From the NCBI GenBank assembly GCA_050943115.1, contig JBMNON010000004.1:2447-66446 (forward strand): a DNA stretch of 64,000 nt, read 5' to 3'. The DNA comes from Patescibacteria group bacterium. GTDB lineage: Bacteria > Patescibacteriota > Microgenomatia > UBA12405. Position 1 is the first letter of the stretch. Each line of letters starts with the position of its first letter. Shown piece by piece: positions 18,304-27,937 of the stretch. Position numbers and translations under genes: made by a program. The notes below the pieces were generated by a model. That model worked only from the letters and a program-made list of their open reading frames with translations, did not search any database and was not told the origin of the DNA.

Positions 18304-19891
18304 GAGAAAAAATATCTTCGGGTATCTTTCTTGTGCATTGTTACTGCTGGCCTTATTAACTCGTTTCTATAAATTGGACTGGGGTGACGGCTACTTTTTT
18401 CATCCTGATGAAATGAATATGGCTGTAGCCATAACTAGGTTTTCCACCCACAACCTTGATCCTCACTTTTATGCCTATGGCCAGTTCCCTTTATATCTTA
18501 CATATTTTTCCATCAAAACCTTCAATTTTATATCTAATGCCTCTTTCACTTCTCCTGTTAGCTTAGAAAGTGCCGTCTTTGGACTTAGGATTTGGTCTGC
18601 CCTTTTCTCACTTGCTTCCCTACTTCTTCTCTATCGTCTCTCTCGTCTTCTTTTTCCCGATAAAGTTTCTCCCCGGATATTCGTCTTATTACTCATTTTT
18701 ACACCCGGACTTATACAACTTTCCCACTTTGGTACTACTGAATCGTTTCTGTTTTTTGTTTTTTGTTTCAACCTTCTCATTGCTGTAAAGATTTTTGAAA
18801 AGTTTAAGTTAACCAGTCTTGTCCTGGCTGCTTTTATTAGCGGTATTGCTGTTGGTACAAAAATCAGTGCGATAATTATGTTCGGTCCCGTTCTCTTGTC
18901 GTTATTATTGACAACGGTAAAGACAAAAAAAATCGCTTATTATATCCTCCGAAACCTAATTTTCTTTCTGGTGGTGCTTTTAACATTTAGCCTATCTTCT
19001 CCTTATAACCTTGTTAACTTTAATGATTATAAATCCGCTCTTAGTTACGAAACCGCCGTCGCTCTGGGTCACATGAAAGTCTTCTATACTAATCAATTTT
19101 TGGATACAAAACCATACTTGTTTCAGTTACAAAAAGTATTCCCCTACACTCAGGGAATATTTATTTTTTTGCTTTCGGCACCTGGTTTAGTTCTGCTTAT
19201 AAAGAAAATGAACCACAAATGGTTATTAATCCTGCTTCCTTCGTTTGTTTACTTTCTTTACAATGGTCAGCTTTATGTCAAATGGACCCGTTTTATGTCC
19301 CCTCTCTTTTTCCTCCCTCCCCTGCTTGCCACCTATTTTTTTAGCCATCTTCGTTCAAAAACCTTAATCGTTTCACTCATAGCTATCTCCATTATTCCCG
19401 GTGTCTTCTTTTGGACAAGCAGATTTGAAACCGATGTCCGCCTCAAGGCGTCTGATTGGTTTATCGATAACATCCCTGCAAATACCAAGATATTGTCCGA
19501 GTCAGGCAATGTAATTAATATCCCCCTTGCTTCCGTTCCCTATGATGTTAACAATTTCGACTTTTATGTTTTGGAAAATAATCCCCTGCAGCTTGAGTTA
19601 CTATCAAAAGAGCTTCGGCTATCTGAGTACATCATCGTTCCCTCAAGAAGGGTTTTTAAAAACCAGCAGGGAGATAGGTTCCCCACCAGCCGGAAGTACT
19701 ATGAGGCTTTGTTTTCAGGTGACTTGGGGTTTGTGGAAATTAAAAAGTTTGAGCGGAACAATTCCTTTTTACTTAACTCAGAAGATGCAGAAGAAACCTG
19801 GTCCGTGTTTGACAATCCTACTATTAGAGTATTTAAAAAGTTTAACCATTTATCCCTGGAAGAGTATAAAAAAATTCTTGGCGCCACATGA
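18293..19891 (+). CDS. GT-C fold membrane glycosyltransferase (GT39/PMT-ArnT-like), copy 1.
   Basis: About 11 TM helices; first extracytoplasmic loop carries the HPDE(MN) acidic motif typical of PMT/ArnT-type GT-C enzymes; large C-terminal soluble domain; 532 aa. Confidence 0.65.
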   Translation: MFFKRKNIFGYLSCALLLLALLTRFYKLDWGDGYFFHPDEMNMAVAITRFSTHNLDPHFYAYGQFPLYLTYFSIKTFNFISNASFTSPVSLESAVFGLRIWSALFSLASLLLLYRLSRLLFPDKVSPRIFVLLLIFTPGLIQLSHFGTTESFLFFVFCFNLLIAVKIFEKFKLTSLVLAAFISGIAVGTKISAIIMFGPVLLSLLLTTVKTKKIAYYILRNLIFFLVVLLTFSLSSPYNLVNFNDYKSALSYETAVALGHMKVFYTNQFLDTKPYLFQLQKVFPYTQGIFIFLLSAPGLVLLIKKMNHKWLLILLPSFVYFLYNGQLYVKWTRFMSPLFFLPPLLATYFFSHLRSKTLIVSLIAISIIPGVFFWTSRFETDVRLKASDWFIDNIPANTKILSESGNVINIPLASVPYDVNNFDFYVLENNPLQLELLSKELRLSEYIIVPSRRVFKNQQGDRFPTSRKYYEALFSGDLGFVEIKKFERNNSFLLNSEDAEETWSVFDNPTIRVFKKFNHLSLEEYKKILGAT

Positions 19892-21588
19892 TCAAAAAAG
19901 AAAAAATTTTATTATTGCTTATTATCATTCTGGCAGCAATATTAAGGTTTACCGGTCTTAATTGGGATCAGAATCAACATCTTCACCCCGATGAAAGATT
20001 TTTGACAATGGTTGCCGATGCCATCAAAATTCCCCAAAGTTTTTCAGATTACCTCGACCCTCAGTTATCCTCTATGAGTCCCTATAATAAAGGATTTGAC
20101 TTTTTTGTCTATGGCACCCTCCCTCTCAATTTAACTAAAATCTTGGCAGTCAACTTCGGCTTCGACGGCTATTCAAAAATATATTTACTTGGCCGTCTCT
20201 TATCTTCGTTGTTCGATCTCTCTACTTTGCTTTTAACGTATATTATTTGTAAGAACTTGTTTAGCAAAAAATCCGCCCTCTTTGCTGCTCTGGCTTATTC
20301 TCTGATGGTGCTGCCGATTCAGCTGTCACATTTTTTTACTGTTGATACTTTTCTTAACTTTTTCATGGTTTTAACATTCTATTTTCTTGTAAAAGCTGCC
20401 GACAAACCCCGTCTGTTATATTTCCTGGGATTGTCTTTTTCCTACGGACTTGCCCTATCCTCAAAAGTTTCTGCCCTGTACTTTCTACCCATAATTGGGA
20501 TATTCTTTTTATTTATTTTATTTAAAGGGAAATGGTCCGGCAGCACTCTTTTCTTGATGATGATCGCATTGCTTAGTACCGCAATTAGCTTTCGACTTGC
20601 TCAGCCCACAGCCTTTGCCCAGTCTTCTTTTTTAAACTGGCAGCCAAATGAACAATTTCTCGGTAATTTAAAAACTCTCAAATCCATGGGTAATATCGAC
20701 TCCTGGTTTCCGCCTGATGTTTATTGGATTTCTCGTCAATCAAAACTTTTTGCACTTGAGCATGTAACAATGTGGGCACTGGGAATACCTCTCGGTTTAC
20801 TCTCGCTAATTTCTCTTCCTTTTTCTACCTACCGCATCATTCGTACCACAAATCTCCATCCGTTTAAAAACTCCAAGACCTTCTCGATACTGTCAATAAT
20901 AATTTGGGTTGTTTTTCTCTTCGTTTATCAATCCTTTCAATTCACCAAAAACCTGCGTTATTTTTTAATTATTATGCCCTTTCTTTCAGTCCTTGTTGGG
21001 TATCTGCTTGCCTCTTCCGTAAAACATTTTCAAAAATTTATTCCATCCAAACTCTATTTGGGCATTATTATCATCCTTGTATCAATATGGCCTCTTTCAT
21101 TTATCTCTGTCTATCTTAGACCTCACAGCCGCATTCTGGCCTCATATTGGATTTACGAAAATATTTCCAAAGGATCTCAATTAACCTGTGAACATTGGGA
21201 TGATTGTTTGCCCCTGAATATCAGCTCCAGCCAAAATCCATCCGTTTATGAAATAACTCAGCTCAACCTTTATGATCCTGAAAGCGAAGAAAAATGGCAA
21301 AACATAAATTCCGTATTGGCTAATTCCGACTACATGGTAATTACCAGTAATCGCCTCTACGGTTCTATTCCCTTTGTCAGCAACCGCTATCCCCTAACTA
21401 CTGAATTTTATGAAAAACTTTTTGGTAACCAATTAAATTTCACAAAAGTAGCTGAATTCCACCCAAAACCTTGTTTTCTTGGAATAGAATCCCCTCTGAC
21501 GTGTATAAACGATGAATGGGCCGAGGAATCTTTCACCGTTTACGATCACCCCAAAGTTCATATATTCAAGAAAATTAGCCTTCAATAA
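19888..21588 (+). CDS. GT-C fold membrane glycosyltransferase (GT39/PMT-ArnT-like), copy 2 (paralog of the upstream gene).
   Basis: Same architecture and the same loop-1 motif (HLHPDERF). 566 aa; 4-nt overlap with copy 1. Confidence 0.65.
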   Translation: MIKKEKILLLLIIILAAILRFTGLNWDQNQHLHPDERFLTMVADAIKIPQSFSDYLDPQLSSMSPYNKGFDFFVYGTLPLNLTKILAVNFGFDGYSKIYLLGRLLSSLFDLSTLLLTYIICKNLFSKKSALFAALAYSLMVLPIQLSHFFTVDTFLNFFMVLTFYFLVKAADKPRLLYFLGLSFSYGLALSSKVSALYFLPIIGIFFLFILFKGKWSGSTLFLMMIALLSTAISFRLAQPTAFAQSSFLNWQPNEQFLGNLKTLKSMGNIDSWFPPDVYWISRQSKLFALEHVTMWALGIPLGLLSLISLPFSTYRIIRTTNLHPFKNSKTFSILSIIIWVVFLFVYQSFQFTKNLRYFLIIMPFLSVLVGYLLASSVKHFQKFIPSKLYLGIIIILVSIWPLSFISVYLRPHSRILASYWIYENISKGSQLTCEHWDDCLPLNISSSQNPSVYEITQLNLYDPESEEKWQNINSVLANSDYMVITSNRLYGSIPFVSNRYPLTTEFYEKLFGNQLNFTKVAEFHPKPCFLGIESPLTCINDEWAEESFTVYDHPKVHIFKKISLQ

Positions 21589-22708
21589 TTTCTCTAAAAC
21601 TGTTTACGGTTCTGTTCTCCGAGAAAACTTTTTTCATTCTTTTGGAATTATTTGGCCTTTTATTATTTACTTCATTAACTATTGCCCAAGCTAGATTATT
21701 TTTCTCCCTTGTATCAAACAAGGTACCGGCACCACTGATCAGGATTGGCACTCTAACCCCGGGCAAACTACTGGCAACAACCCTAGCTCCACCCAAAATT
21801 GCTTCAGCCTGAACCATTCCAAAAGCTTCGGTAGAATTTGTACTTGGCAATACCAGCAAGTCTATGTTTTTATAAAAATAAGACAACCCTTCATTTGTCA
21901 AAAATCCTAAGTGGCTTACTACTTTTCTGTGCTTATTCATCAACTTGTGAATCCGCTTGATATAATCTATTTCTCCGATTGCATTCTTTGGACCCACTAA
22001 ATAAACCCCCAGATTGTTTCCCAAAGCTTTTCTTATTGGCCTTATCACCTCAAGTAAGCTTTCTATGCCTTTCTCTGCCGACAACCTCCCCACAAAACCG
22101 ATTTTATAAGCTATATCCCTTGTTGCCTTATCTATCAAGTTTTTTTCTTTTTTCAAAACCATTTCTTTACTTAATCTGATTGGTGGATAAACTACTCTGA
22201 CCTTGTCAAGATAACGGGAGACTACCGGCGACAGGGAGGCGTAATCCATGCTTGAACAGACAATAATATCCGCAATGTTGCAACAAAGTTGGTTTATTAA
22301 TTGTAATACCCATTCAATAATCCTATTCACTAAACCACAGGGTAGTCTGACATCGCAGTGATAGATAACTATACTTTTTTTGTTCAATATTTTTGCAGCC
22401 AGCAATAAATAAAACGCTTCAGGTTGGGGGAGGTTGCTTATTACAGTATCGCTTTTACGAACCTCTTGCCATCCCTGCCAAAACCATTTCGGCATTATCA
22501 GTCCCTTACTAAATTTTTTCCAAACTGGAACCCTGACAACTCTAACTCCACCCTCTGATTCTTCAAGTGGCAACTTTTTGTCGTGTTGCGAGGTGATAAC
22601 AGAGATGCAATCACCTTTCTTCCTCAAGGCTACGGCCAGCCTAGACACGTAGACGCTCAACCCGGAAGTGTATGGCAAATAATAACTTAAAGAAAATAAT
22701 ATTCTCAT
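21575..22708 (-). CDS. GT4-family glycosyltransferase (GT-B fold).
   Basis: N-terminal SGLSVYVSRLA-type GT4 start; C-terminal EAFGMVQAEAILGGARVVAS (E-x7-E motif); 377 aa. Confidence 0.75.
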   Translation of the reverse strand: MRILFSLSYYLPYTSGLSVYVSRLAVALRKKGDCISVITSQHDKKLPLEESEGGVRVVRVPVWKKFSKGLIMPKWFWQGWQEVRKSDTVISNLPQPEAFYLLLAAKILNKKSIVIYHCDVRLPCGLVNRIIEWVLQLINQLCCNIADIIVCSSMDYASLSPVVSRYLDKVRVVYPPIRLSKEMVLKKEKNLIDKATRDIAYKIGFVGRLSAEKGIESLLEVIRPIRKALGNNLGVYLVGPKNAIGEIDYIKRIHKLMNKHRKVVSHLGFLTNEGLSYFYKNIDLLVLPSTNSTEAFGMVQAEAILGGARVVASSLPGVRVPILISGAGTLFDTREKNNLAWAIVNEVNNKRPNNSKRMKKVFSENRTVNSFREIIEG

Positions 22709-23250
22709 TAGGCTTCTAGTGATAACGCTGTACCGATACTCTTATCAAACACTTTACATGCTTGGTTATTTTGATGCAGTACCTTTTGTTGTGGCAGCTG
22801 TTTTTTGAGATATTCAACAATCAACTTGTCATCCTCGACAAATATATCCGGTTTTATCCTTTCCAGTACTTTTTTCTTGAATATATGTGGTTGTTCATTT
22901 TTCAAATTCAGATGAATTTCGCAAAATACCTTATCCAATTTTCTTTTTTTCAACCAAAGATGGGTCTCCCTCTCCAGAAAAGAGTATCGGCTGGATATGG
23001 CCACTACATTACACTTCTCTGTTCCGGCAGCCCTTTTAATCAAGTCCAAATTCGCCTTGATTGCTGGTCTAAAAAAATAGATGTGGGATATTTTTCTGAT
23101 AAGTTGTTCTATTCTTGTTCTTGGGAATCGATAGTGCAGCCTTTTTGCCTTGCCTTTAAACAAAAGTTCAATTAAGATTTTTGGTATCAATGGAGGCTTG
23201 TCGATAATAACTCCGTCCAGATCAACCGCCAGCACATACTTTCTCTTCAT
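22708..23250 (-). CDS. HAD-superfamily phosphatase-like protein.
   Basis: Motif I VDLDGVI (DxDxV), motif II VVAISSR, C-terminal K...FVEDD (motifs III/IV); 180 aa. Confidence 0.5.
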   Translation of the reverse strand: MKRKYVLAVDLDGVIIDKPPLIPKILIELLFKGKAKRLHYRFPRTRIEQLIRKISHIYFFRPAIKANLDLIKRAAGTEKCNVVAISSRYSFLERETHLWLKKRKLDKVFCEIHLNLKNEQPHIFKKKVLERIKPDIFVEDDKLIVEYLKKQLPQQKVLHQNNQACKVFDKSIGTALSLEA

Positions 23251-23297
23251 TTTCTTTGATTATAACAGTGCCGATTTTTCTTTGGATATAATAAGCC

Positions 23298-23873
23298 ATG
23301 AATCCATATACTAGCAGAGCCAAAGACTTTTTGTTTTGGCAACCACCACTGGACTACCTGGCCTTATTGTTGTCAAAAAAATTTGGCCGCCAACTTTTCG
23401 TCTTCCTAAATTTTTTTATCTGGCCCTACCTTTTTTACTTATCTGTAATTCTTACCATTACTGATCCAAATATATTCTGGCAAATCTTTATTGCCATGTT
23501 TATAAGTGTTTTTGTCGAATATTTGCTCAAATCTTTGCTCCCTTGGAAGCGGCCCATTACCAAAACCCAAAACTTTCTCCCTTTTGGTATTCATCACCAA
23601 TGGGCTTTAAAGGGCAGTTTTCCTTCGGGGCATACGGCAAAAACACTTATATTCTTTCTTTTTATACTCCAATATGGTGTCCACTCGCCTCTAATTTTTA
23701 TCTTAATAAATGTCCCCCTGGTGTTAGCCCGGATATTTTTGGGATTCCATTATCCGGTTGATATCTTTGGAGGTCTGCTCACCGGTTTTATCTCTTGGCT
23801 TTTTACCCACCAACTCATCTTTCCTTCAGAGTTTACTGATCCACTTCGTGATATATTTAAGCTAGTTTTTTAA
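23298..23873 (+). CDS. PAP2-family (type 2 phosphatidic acid phosphatase-like) membrane phosphatase.
   Basis: All three PAP2 motifs are present: KRP (LPWKRPITK), PSGH (FPSGHTA) and SRx5Hx3D (LARIFLGFHYPVDIFGG). 191 aa with 5-6 TM helices. Confidence 0.75.
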   Translation: MNPYTSRAKDFLFWQPPLDYLALLLSKKFGRQLFVFLNFFIWPYLFYLSVILTITDPNIFWQIFIAMFISVFVEYLLKSLLPWKRPITKTQNFLPFGIHHQWALKGSFPSGHTAKTLIFFLFILQYGVHSPLIFILINVPLVLARIFLGFHYPVDIFGGLLTGFISWLFTHQLIFPSEFTDPLRDIFKLVF

Positions 23874-23875
23874 AT

Positions 23876-25963
23876 ATGATCTCCGACTTAAAATTCATCA
23901 TATTCTGGTGGCTTTCTATCTTTTTGATCTCATCAATTTGTTTACCTCTAGTTCTTAGTATTTTTAAAAAATTTTGGGACAGGGGATACGTTTTTAGCAA
24001 GATACTTTCTCTCGTTGTTCTGACCTATTCTGTTTTTGTTCTTGGAGTCATAAAGTTATTACCCTTCACCAACCTTTCGATTTGGTTTTTAATTTTAATT
24101 TTCTTATCTCTAAACGGACTTTATCTATCCCGTCCCAAAAGGTTCAAAGCTTTTACTGGCTTGATTAAAGAAAACTGGAAAAAATTCCTTTTTGAAGAAA
24201 TTCTGTTTTTGCTCATCTTAATTGTTTGGTCTTTTGTTCGGGGGTTTAATCCTGCAATTGAAGGTTTGGAAAAGTTCATGGATTGGGGTTTTGTCAATTC
24301 AATGCTTCGTTCGGTTTATATGCCTCCCGTTGATATGTGGTTTGCCAATGAACCTATAAACTACTATTATTTCGGTCACCTTATTTTTGCTCTTGTTACC
24401 AAATTGTCAAATATTAACAGTACCATTACATATAATTTATCAATCGCATCCATTGCCGCGCTAACCTTCGTCAGCACTTTCTCCCTTTCGCTCAATCTGG
24501 TTTATTGCTTACTAAAAAAAAGTTCGTTAGCAAAATTAATTCTTGCCGGAACGGTGTCGGCCCTCTTGTTGACTTTCGGTGGCAATCTCCATGCTGTCTA
24601 CAAGATTGGCAGAATCAACATGGACAACAATCAGGGCAAGCTGGTTTTGAATGCAGGTGAAATTCAGAAGGCCGCTTCAGGTTATTGGTATCCTGACGCA
24701 ACCAGATTTATTGGCTTTGATCCCGAAACCAGCGATAAAACCATCCATGAATTTCCTATCTATAGTTTTGTCGTTGCCGACCTTCACGGTCACCTAAATG
24801 ACATCCCTCTTGTTCTTTTCTTTCTGGCCTTTTTGTTCTCGGTATCCCTTTTGCCAAAGCAATTTTCTTCCTGGAAATTACTAATTCCTGCCGGTTTTCT
24901 TTTGTCTATTGCCTATATGACAAATGCTTGGGACATAGCAGTTTATGGTCTCTTTTTCGGTCTTTATGTTTTCCTCTACAAATTACGACAGTATAATTTT
25001 AGGGATTCTCTGGTTAAAACTCTTTTTAATGGATTTCTGGTAATTTTATTCTGGTATTTATTTACTCTGCCTTTTTCACTGAACTTTACTCCGATGATGG
25101 AAGGCTTGCGTTTGTCTGATGCCCATTCACCCTTTTATCAGCTTTTTATACTTTATGGCGGGTTTTGGTTAATCGCCCTACCATTTGTGATTTTCTTTTT
25201 TGTAAAAAATAAATTAAACATTAAGAAAGCCACTCTTTCCGATGTATTTGTTCTCTCCTTACTCATCCTGGCGACACTTCTTATTATTATGCCCGAAGTC
25301 TTTTACATAAAAGACATTTATATTTACGAACACCGGAGAGCCAACACGATGTTCAAACTGGTCTATCAGGCATTTATCCTCTACTCTCTAGCTTCTGGCT
25401 ACATCCTTGTCCGACTCAAGCTGTCTTTGAAAAGAGTGCTTTTCGGGATTTATGCATTAGTTTTTTCTTTGGTTTTTATTTCTCACCTAATTTATCCTTA
25501 CTTTGCAACTAAATCATATTACTCTTTTAAGGAATACCATGGGTTGTGGGGCTTGGACTTTCTTGAAGACAAATATCCGGATAACTATGCTGCCATAAAA
25601 TGGTTAAACGCTAATGTCGAAGGACAGCCCAACATTATTGAAGCTGCCGGAGATAGCTATACTACTTATAACCAAGTATCTATGGCCACCGGATTGCCAA
25701 CTGTCCAAGGCTGGTTGGTTCATGAATGGTTGTGGCGTGGAGGGTATGACCAACCTGGAGCTAGAGCTGAAGAAGTCAAAACTGTCTACGAGTCGACAGA
25801 TATTGAAAAAGTCAAACCTATTCTCCAAAAGTATTCTGTTAAGTATATTTTCATCGGCGACAAAGAGTACGAAAAGTATCCCCAGCTAAACACCCAAAAG
25901 TTTGAAGAAATCGGCGCCAACATTGTTTTTGAATCAGGGAAAACCAAAATATTTCAACTTTAA
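23876..25963 (+). CDS. DUF2298 / Chlor_Arch_YYY-type large polytopic membrane protein (putative GT-C-like glycosyltransferase).
   Basis: 695 aa with about 14 TM helices. NYYYFGH 'YYY' motif in an early loop. C-terminal soluble domain with HEWLWRGGYDQPGARAEEV. Confidence 0.6.
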   Translation: MISDLKFIIFWWLSIFLISSICLPLVLSIFKKFWDRGYVFSKILSLVVLTYSVFVLGVIKLLPFTNLSIWFLILIFLSLNGLYLSRPKRFKAFTGLIKENWKKFLFEEILFLLILIVWSFVRGFNPAIEGLEKFMDWGFVNSMLRSVYMPPVDMWFANEPINYYYFGHLIFALVTKLSNINSTITYNLSIASIAALTFVSTFSLSLNLVYCLLKKSSLAKLILAGTVSALLLTFGGNLHAVYKIGRINMDNNQGKLVLNAGEIQKAASGYWYPDATRFIGFDPETSDKTIHEFPIYSFVVADLHGHLNDIPLVLFFLAFLFSVSLLPKQFSSWKLLIPAGFLLSIAYMTNAWDIAVYGLFFGLYVFLYKLRQYNFRDSLVKTLFNGFLVILFWYLFTLPFSLNFTPMMEGLRLSDAHSPFYQLFILYGGFWLIALPFVIFFFVKNKLNIKKATLSDVFVLSLLILATLLIIMPEVFYIKDIYIYEHRRANTMFKLVYQAFILYSLASGYILVRLKLSLKRVLFGIYALVFSLVFISHLIYPYFATKSYYSFKEYHGLWGLDFLEDKYPDNYAAIKWLNANVEGQPNIIEAAGDSYTTYNQVSMATGLPTVQGWLVHEWLWRGGYDQPGARAEEVKTVYESTDIEKVKPILQKYSVKYIFIGDKEYEKYPQLNTQKFEEIGANIVFESGKTKIFQL

Positions 25964-26028
25964 TACTTTTTTGTTAACAAGCCTTTACTCTTTTCAAGCC
26001 CAATATTTTTGCGTATAGTAAGATACGC

Positions 26029-27930
26029 ATGCATGATATTTTAGAAGGCCTTAATCCGGAACAACGCCAAGCCGTTATCCACCATGGAACACCCTTACTT
26101 TTATTGGCTGGTGCCGGTTCTGGAAAAACCCGGGTATTAACTCATCGGGCGGCTTTTTTTATCAAAGAAAAATTAGCTGCCCCGGACGAGATCCTTCTTC
26201 TGACCTTTACCAACAAAGCCGCCGGAGAGATGAAACAAAGGATGGGGCAGTTGCTCGGCCAAAACGTCGAAACCAAGTCACCCTCGTCCCCCAGTGTTTT
26301 CGCTGGTACTTTTCATTCTTTCTGTTGTCGAATCTTGAGGGTTGATGGCCACCATATCGGTATTCCTGAAAACTATGTAATTTACGATACAAACGATCAG
26401 GAAAACCTAATTAAATCTATCCTCAATGATATGGATTTAAGTAGTAAAGAGTTTAAACCAAGCAGCGTGCTTTATTATATTGAAGCTGCCAAGACCAACT
26501 TCCAGTCGCCTCAGGATATGTCCGCCGATTCACATGGTTTCTGGCAGTCATACGCCTCGAAAATATACGGCAAATACCAAACTCTTATGTCCGATTACCA
26601 TGCTCTCGACTTTAATGATCTTCTTTACAAAACCGTCGAGCTGTTTATCAATTGCCCCCAAGTTTTAGAAAAATATCAGGAACGCTACAAATATATTCTT
26701 GTCGATGAATATCAGGACACAAATACAATTCAATACAACTTGACCAAATTGATCTCTAAAAAATTTAAACAAATCACGGCTGTCGGCGATGCCTCTCAAG
26801 CCATTTATGGTTGGCGCGGGGCGGATTATCGTAATTTGGTCAGTTTTACTACCGACTTTCCTGACGCCAAAATTATTAACCTTGAACAAAATTATCGATC
26901 AACTCAAATCATTCTCGATGCCGCAAACTCCGTAATTTCCAAAAACAACTCCCATCCTGTCCTCAAACTTTTTACCAATAAAAAATCCAGCGATCTAATA
27001 AAATTATACGAAGCCGAATCTGAATTGGCCGAATCTGACTACGTTGCCTCAAAAATCAGGTTCATTCACGACAACCTCCATATTCCCTTTAGAAACATCG
27101 CTGTCCTTTACAGGATGAACGCCCAGTCTCGGGTACTCGAAGAGGCTTTTCTAAAACGCTCTATCCCTTATGTTTTGATTGGCGGTACCCGTTTCTATGA
27201 ACGTGCCGAGATCAAAGACATTTTGGCGATGTTGCGCTACGCCAACGACAGTGCCGACAAAATCTCCTTAGAAAGGGTGGAAAAAGCGCTGGGAAAACGT
27301 CGCTTGGCTGCTTTCTTGGAGCATCTACGAGGTTTGAACTTGAAGGAACTTAACTCTCTTCAGATATTGGAATCTTTGGTAATCAACTCCGGTTATCTGG
27401 CTAAATTTAATCCCAAAGAGGAAGATGATCAAAGGAAAATTGAAAATATCAAAGAATTAAAGTCTGTCGCAACAAACTTTCCCAAATTAAATGATTTTTT
27501 GGAAAATATTGCCTTGGTTCAGCAGGAGTATTCCCTTCAGGAGAAAAACAAGAAAAAGGAGAACCGCGATGGTGTCCGGCTTATGACCCTCCACTCTTCA
27601 AAAGGCCTCGAATTTGAAGTGGTTTTTCTGGTTGGTTTTGAAGAGGGGATATTACCCCATTCTCAAAGTATGATAGAAGAGTCCGAGATCGAAGAGGAGC
27701 GTCGTCTTTGCTACGTCGGTATTACCCGGGCCAAGGATTATCTTTACATAACCTATGCTTCCCGACGGCTTTACTTTGGCAAGAGCAGTTTAAATGAACC
27801 CAGTCGTTTTCTTGTCGACATTCCCCAAAATTTAATTGAATTTGAAGAACCAAACGAGATTGTCCGCGATTATCGTCATGGTCGAAACCACGGCGGTGAC
27901 GAATTTATTTATGATCCTGATATATACTAA
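26029..27930 (+). CDS. UvrD/PcrA-family SF1 DNA helicase (compact, 633 aa).
   Basis: Walker A AGAGSGKTRVLTHR, DEYQDTN, GDASQAIYGWRGA, NYRST, LMTLHSSKGLEFEVVFL, VGITRAK. Confidence 0.85.
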   Translation: MHDILEGLNPEQRQAVIHHGTPLLLLAGAGSGKTRVLTHRAAFFIKEKLAAPDEILLLTFTNKAAGEMKQRMGQLLGQNVETKSPSSPSVFAGTFHSFCCRILRVDGHHIGIPENYVIYDTNDQENLIKSILNDMDLSSKEFKPSSVLYYIEAAKTNFQSPQDMSADSHGFWQSYASKIYGKYQTLMSDYHALDFNDLLYKTVELFINCPQVLEKYQERYKYILVDEYQDTNTIQYNLTKLISKKFKQITAVGDASQAIYGWRGADYRNLVSFTTDFPDAKIINLEQNYRSTQIILDAANSVISKNNSHPVLKLFTNKKSSDLIKLYEAESELAESDYVASKIRFIHDNLHIPFRNIAVLYRMNAQSRVLEEAFLKRSIPYVLIGGTRFYERAEIKDILAMLRYANDSADKISLERVEKALGKRRLAAFLEHLRGLNLKELNSLQILESLVINSGYLAKFNPKEEDDQRKIENIKELKSVATNFPKLNDFLENIALVQQEYSLQEKNKKKENRDGVRLMTLHSSKGLEFEVVFLVGFEEGILPHSQSMIEESEIEEERRLCYVGITRAKDYLYITYASRRLYFGKSSLNEPSRFLVDIPQNLIEFEEPNEIVRDYRHGRNHGGDEFIYDPDIY

Positions 27931-27937
27931 AAAGTAA

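Noticed and set aside
25964-26028. Small hairpin GCGTAT-AGTAAG-ATACGC immediately before the uvrD-like start
   Set aside because: It is a 6-bp stem overlapping the start region. It is too short and too AT-rich to call a regulatory structure with any confidence.
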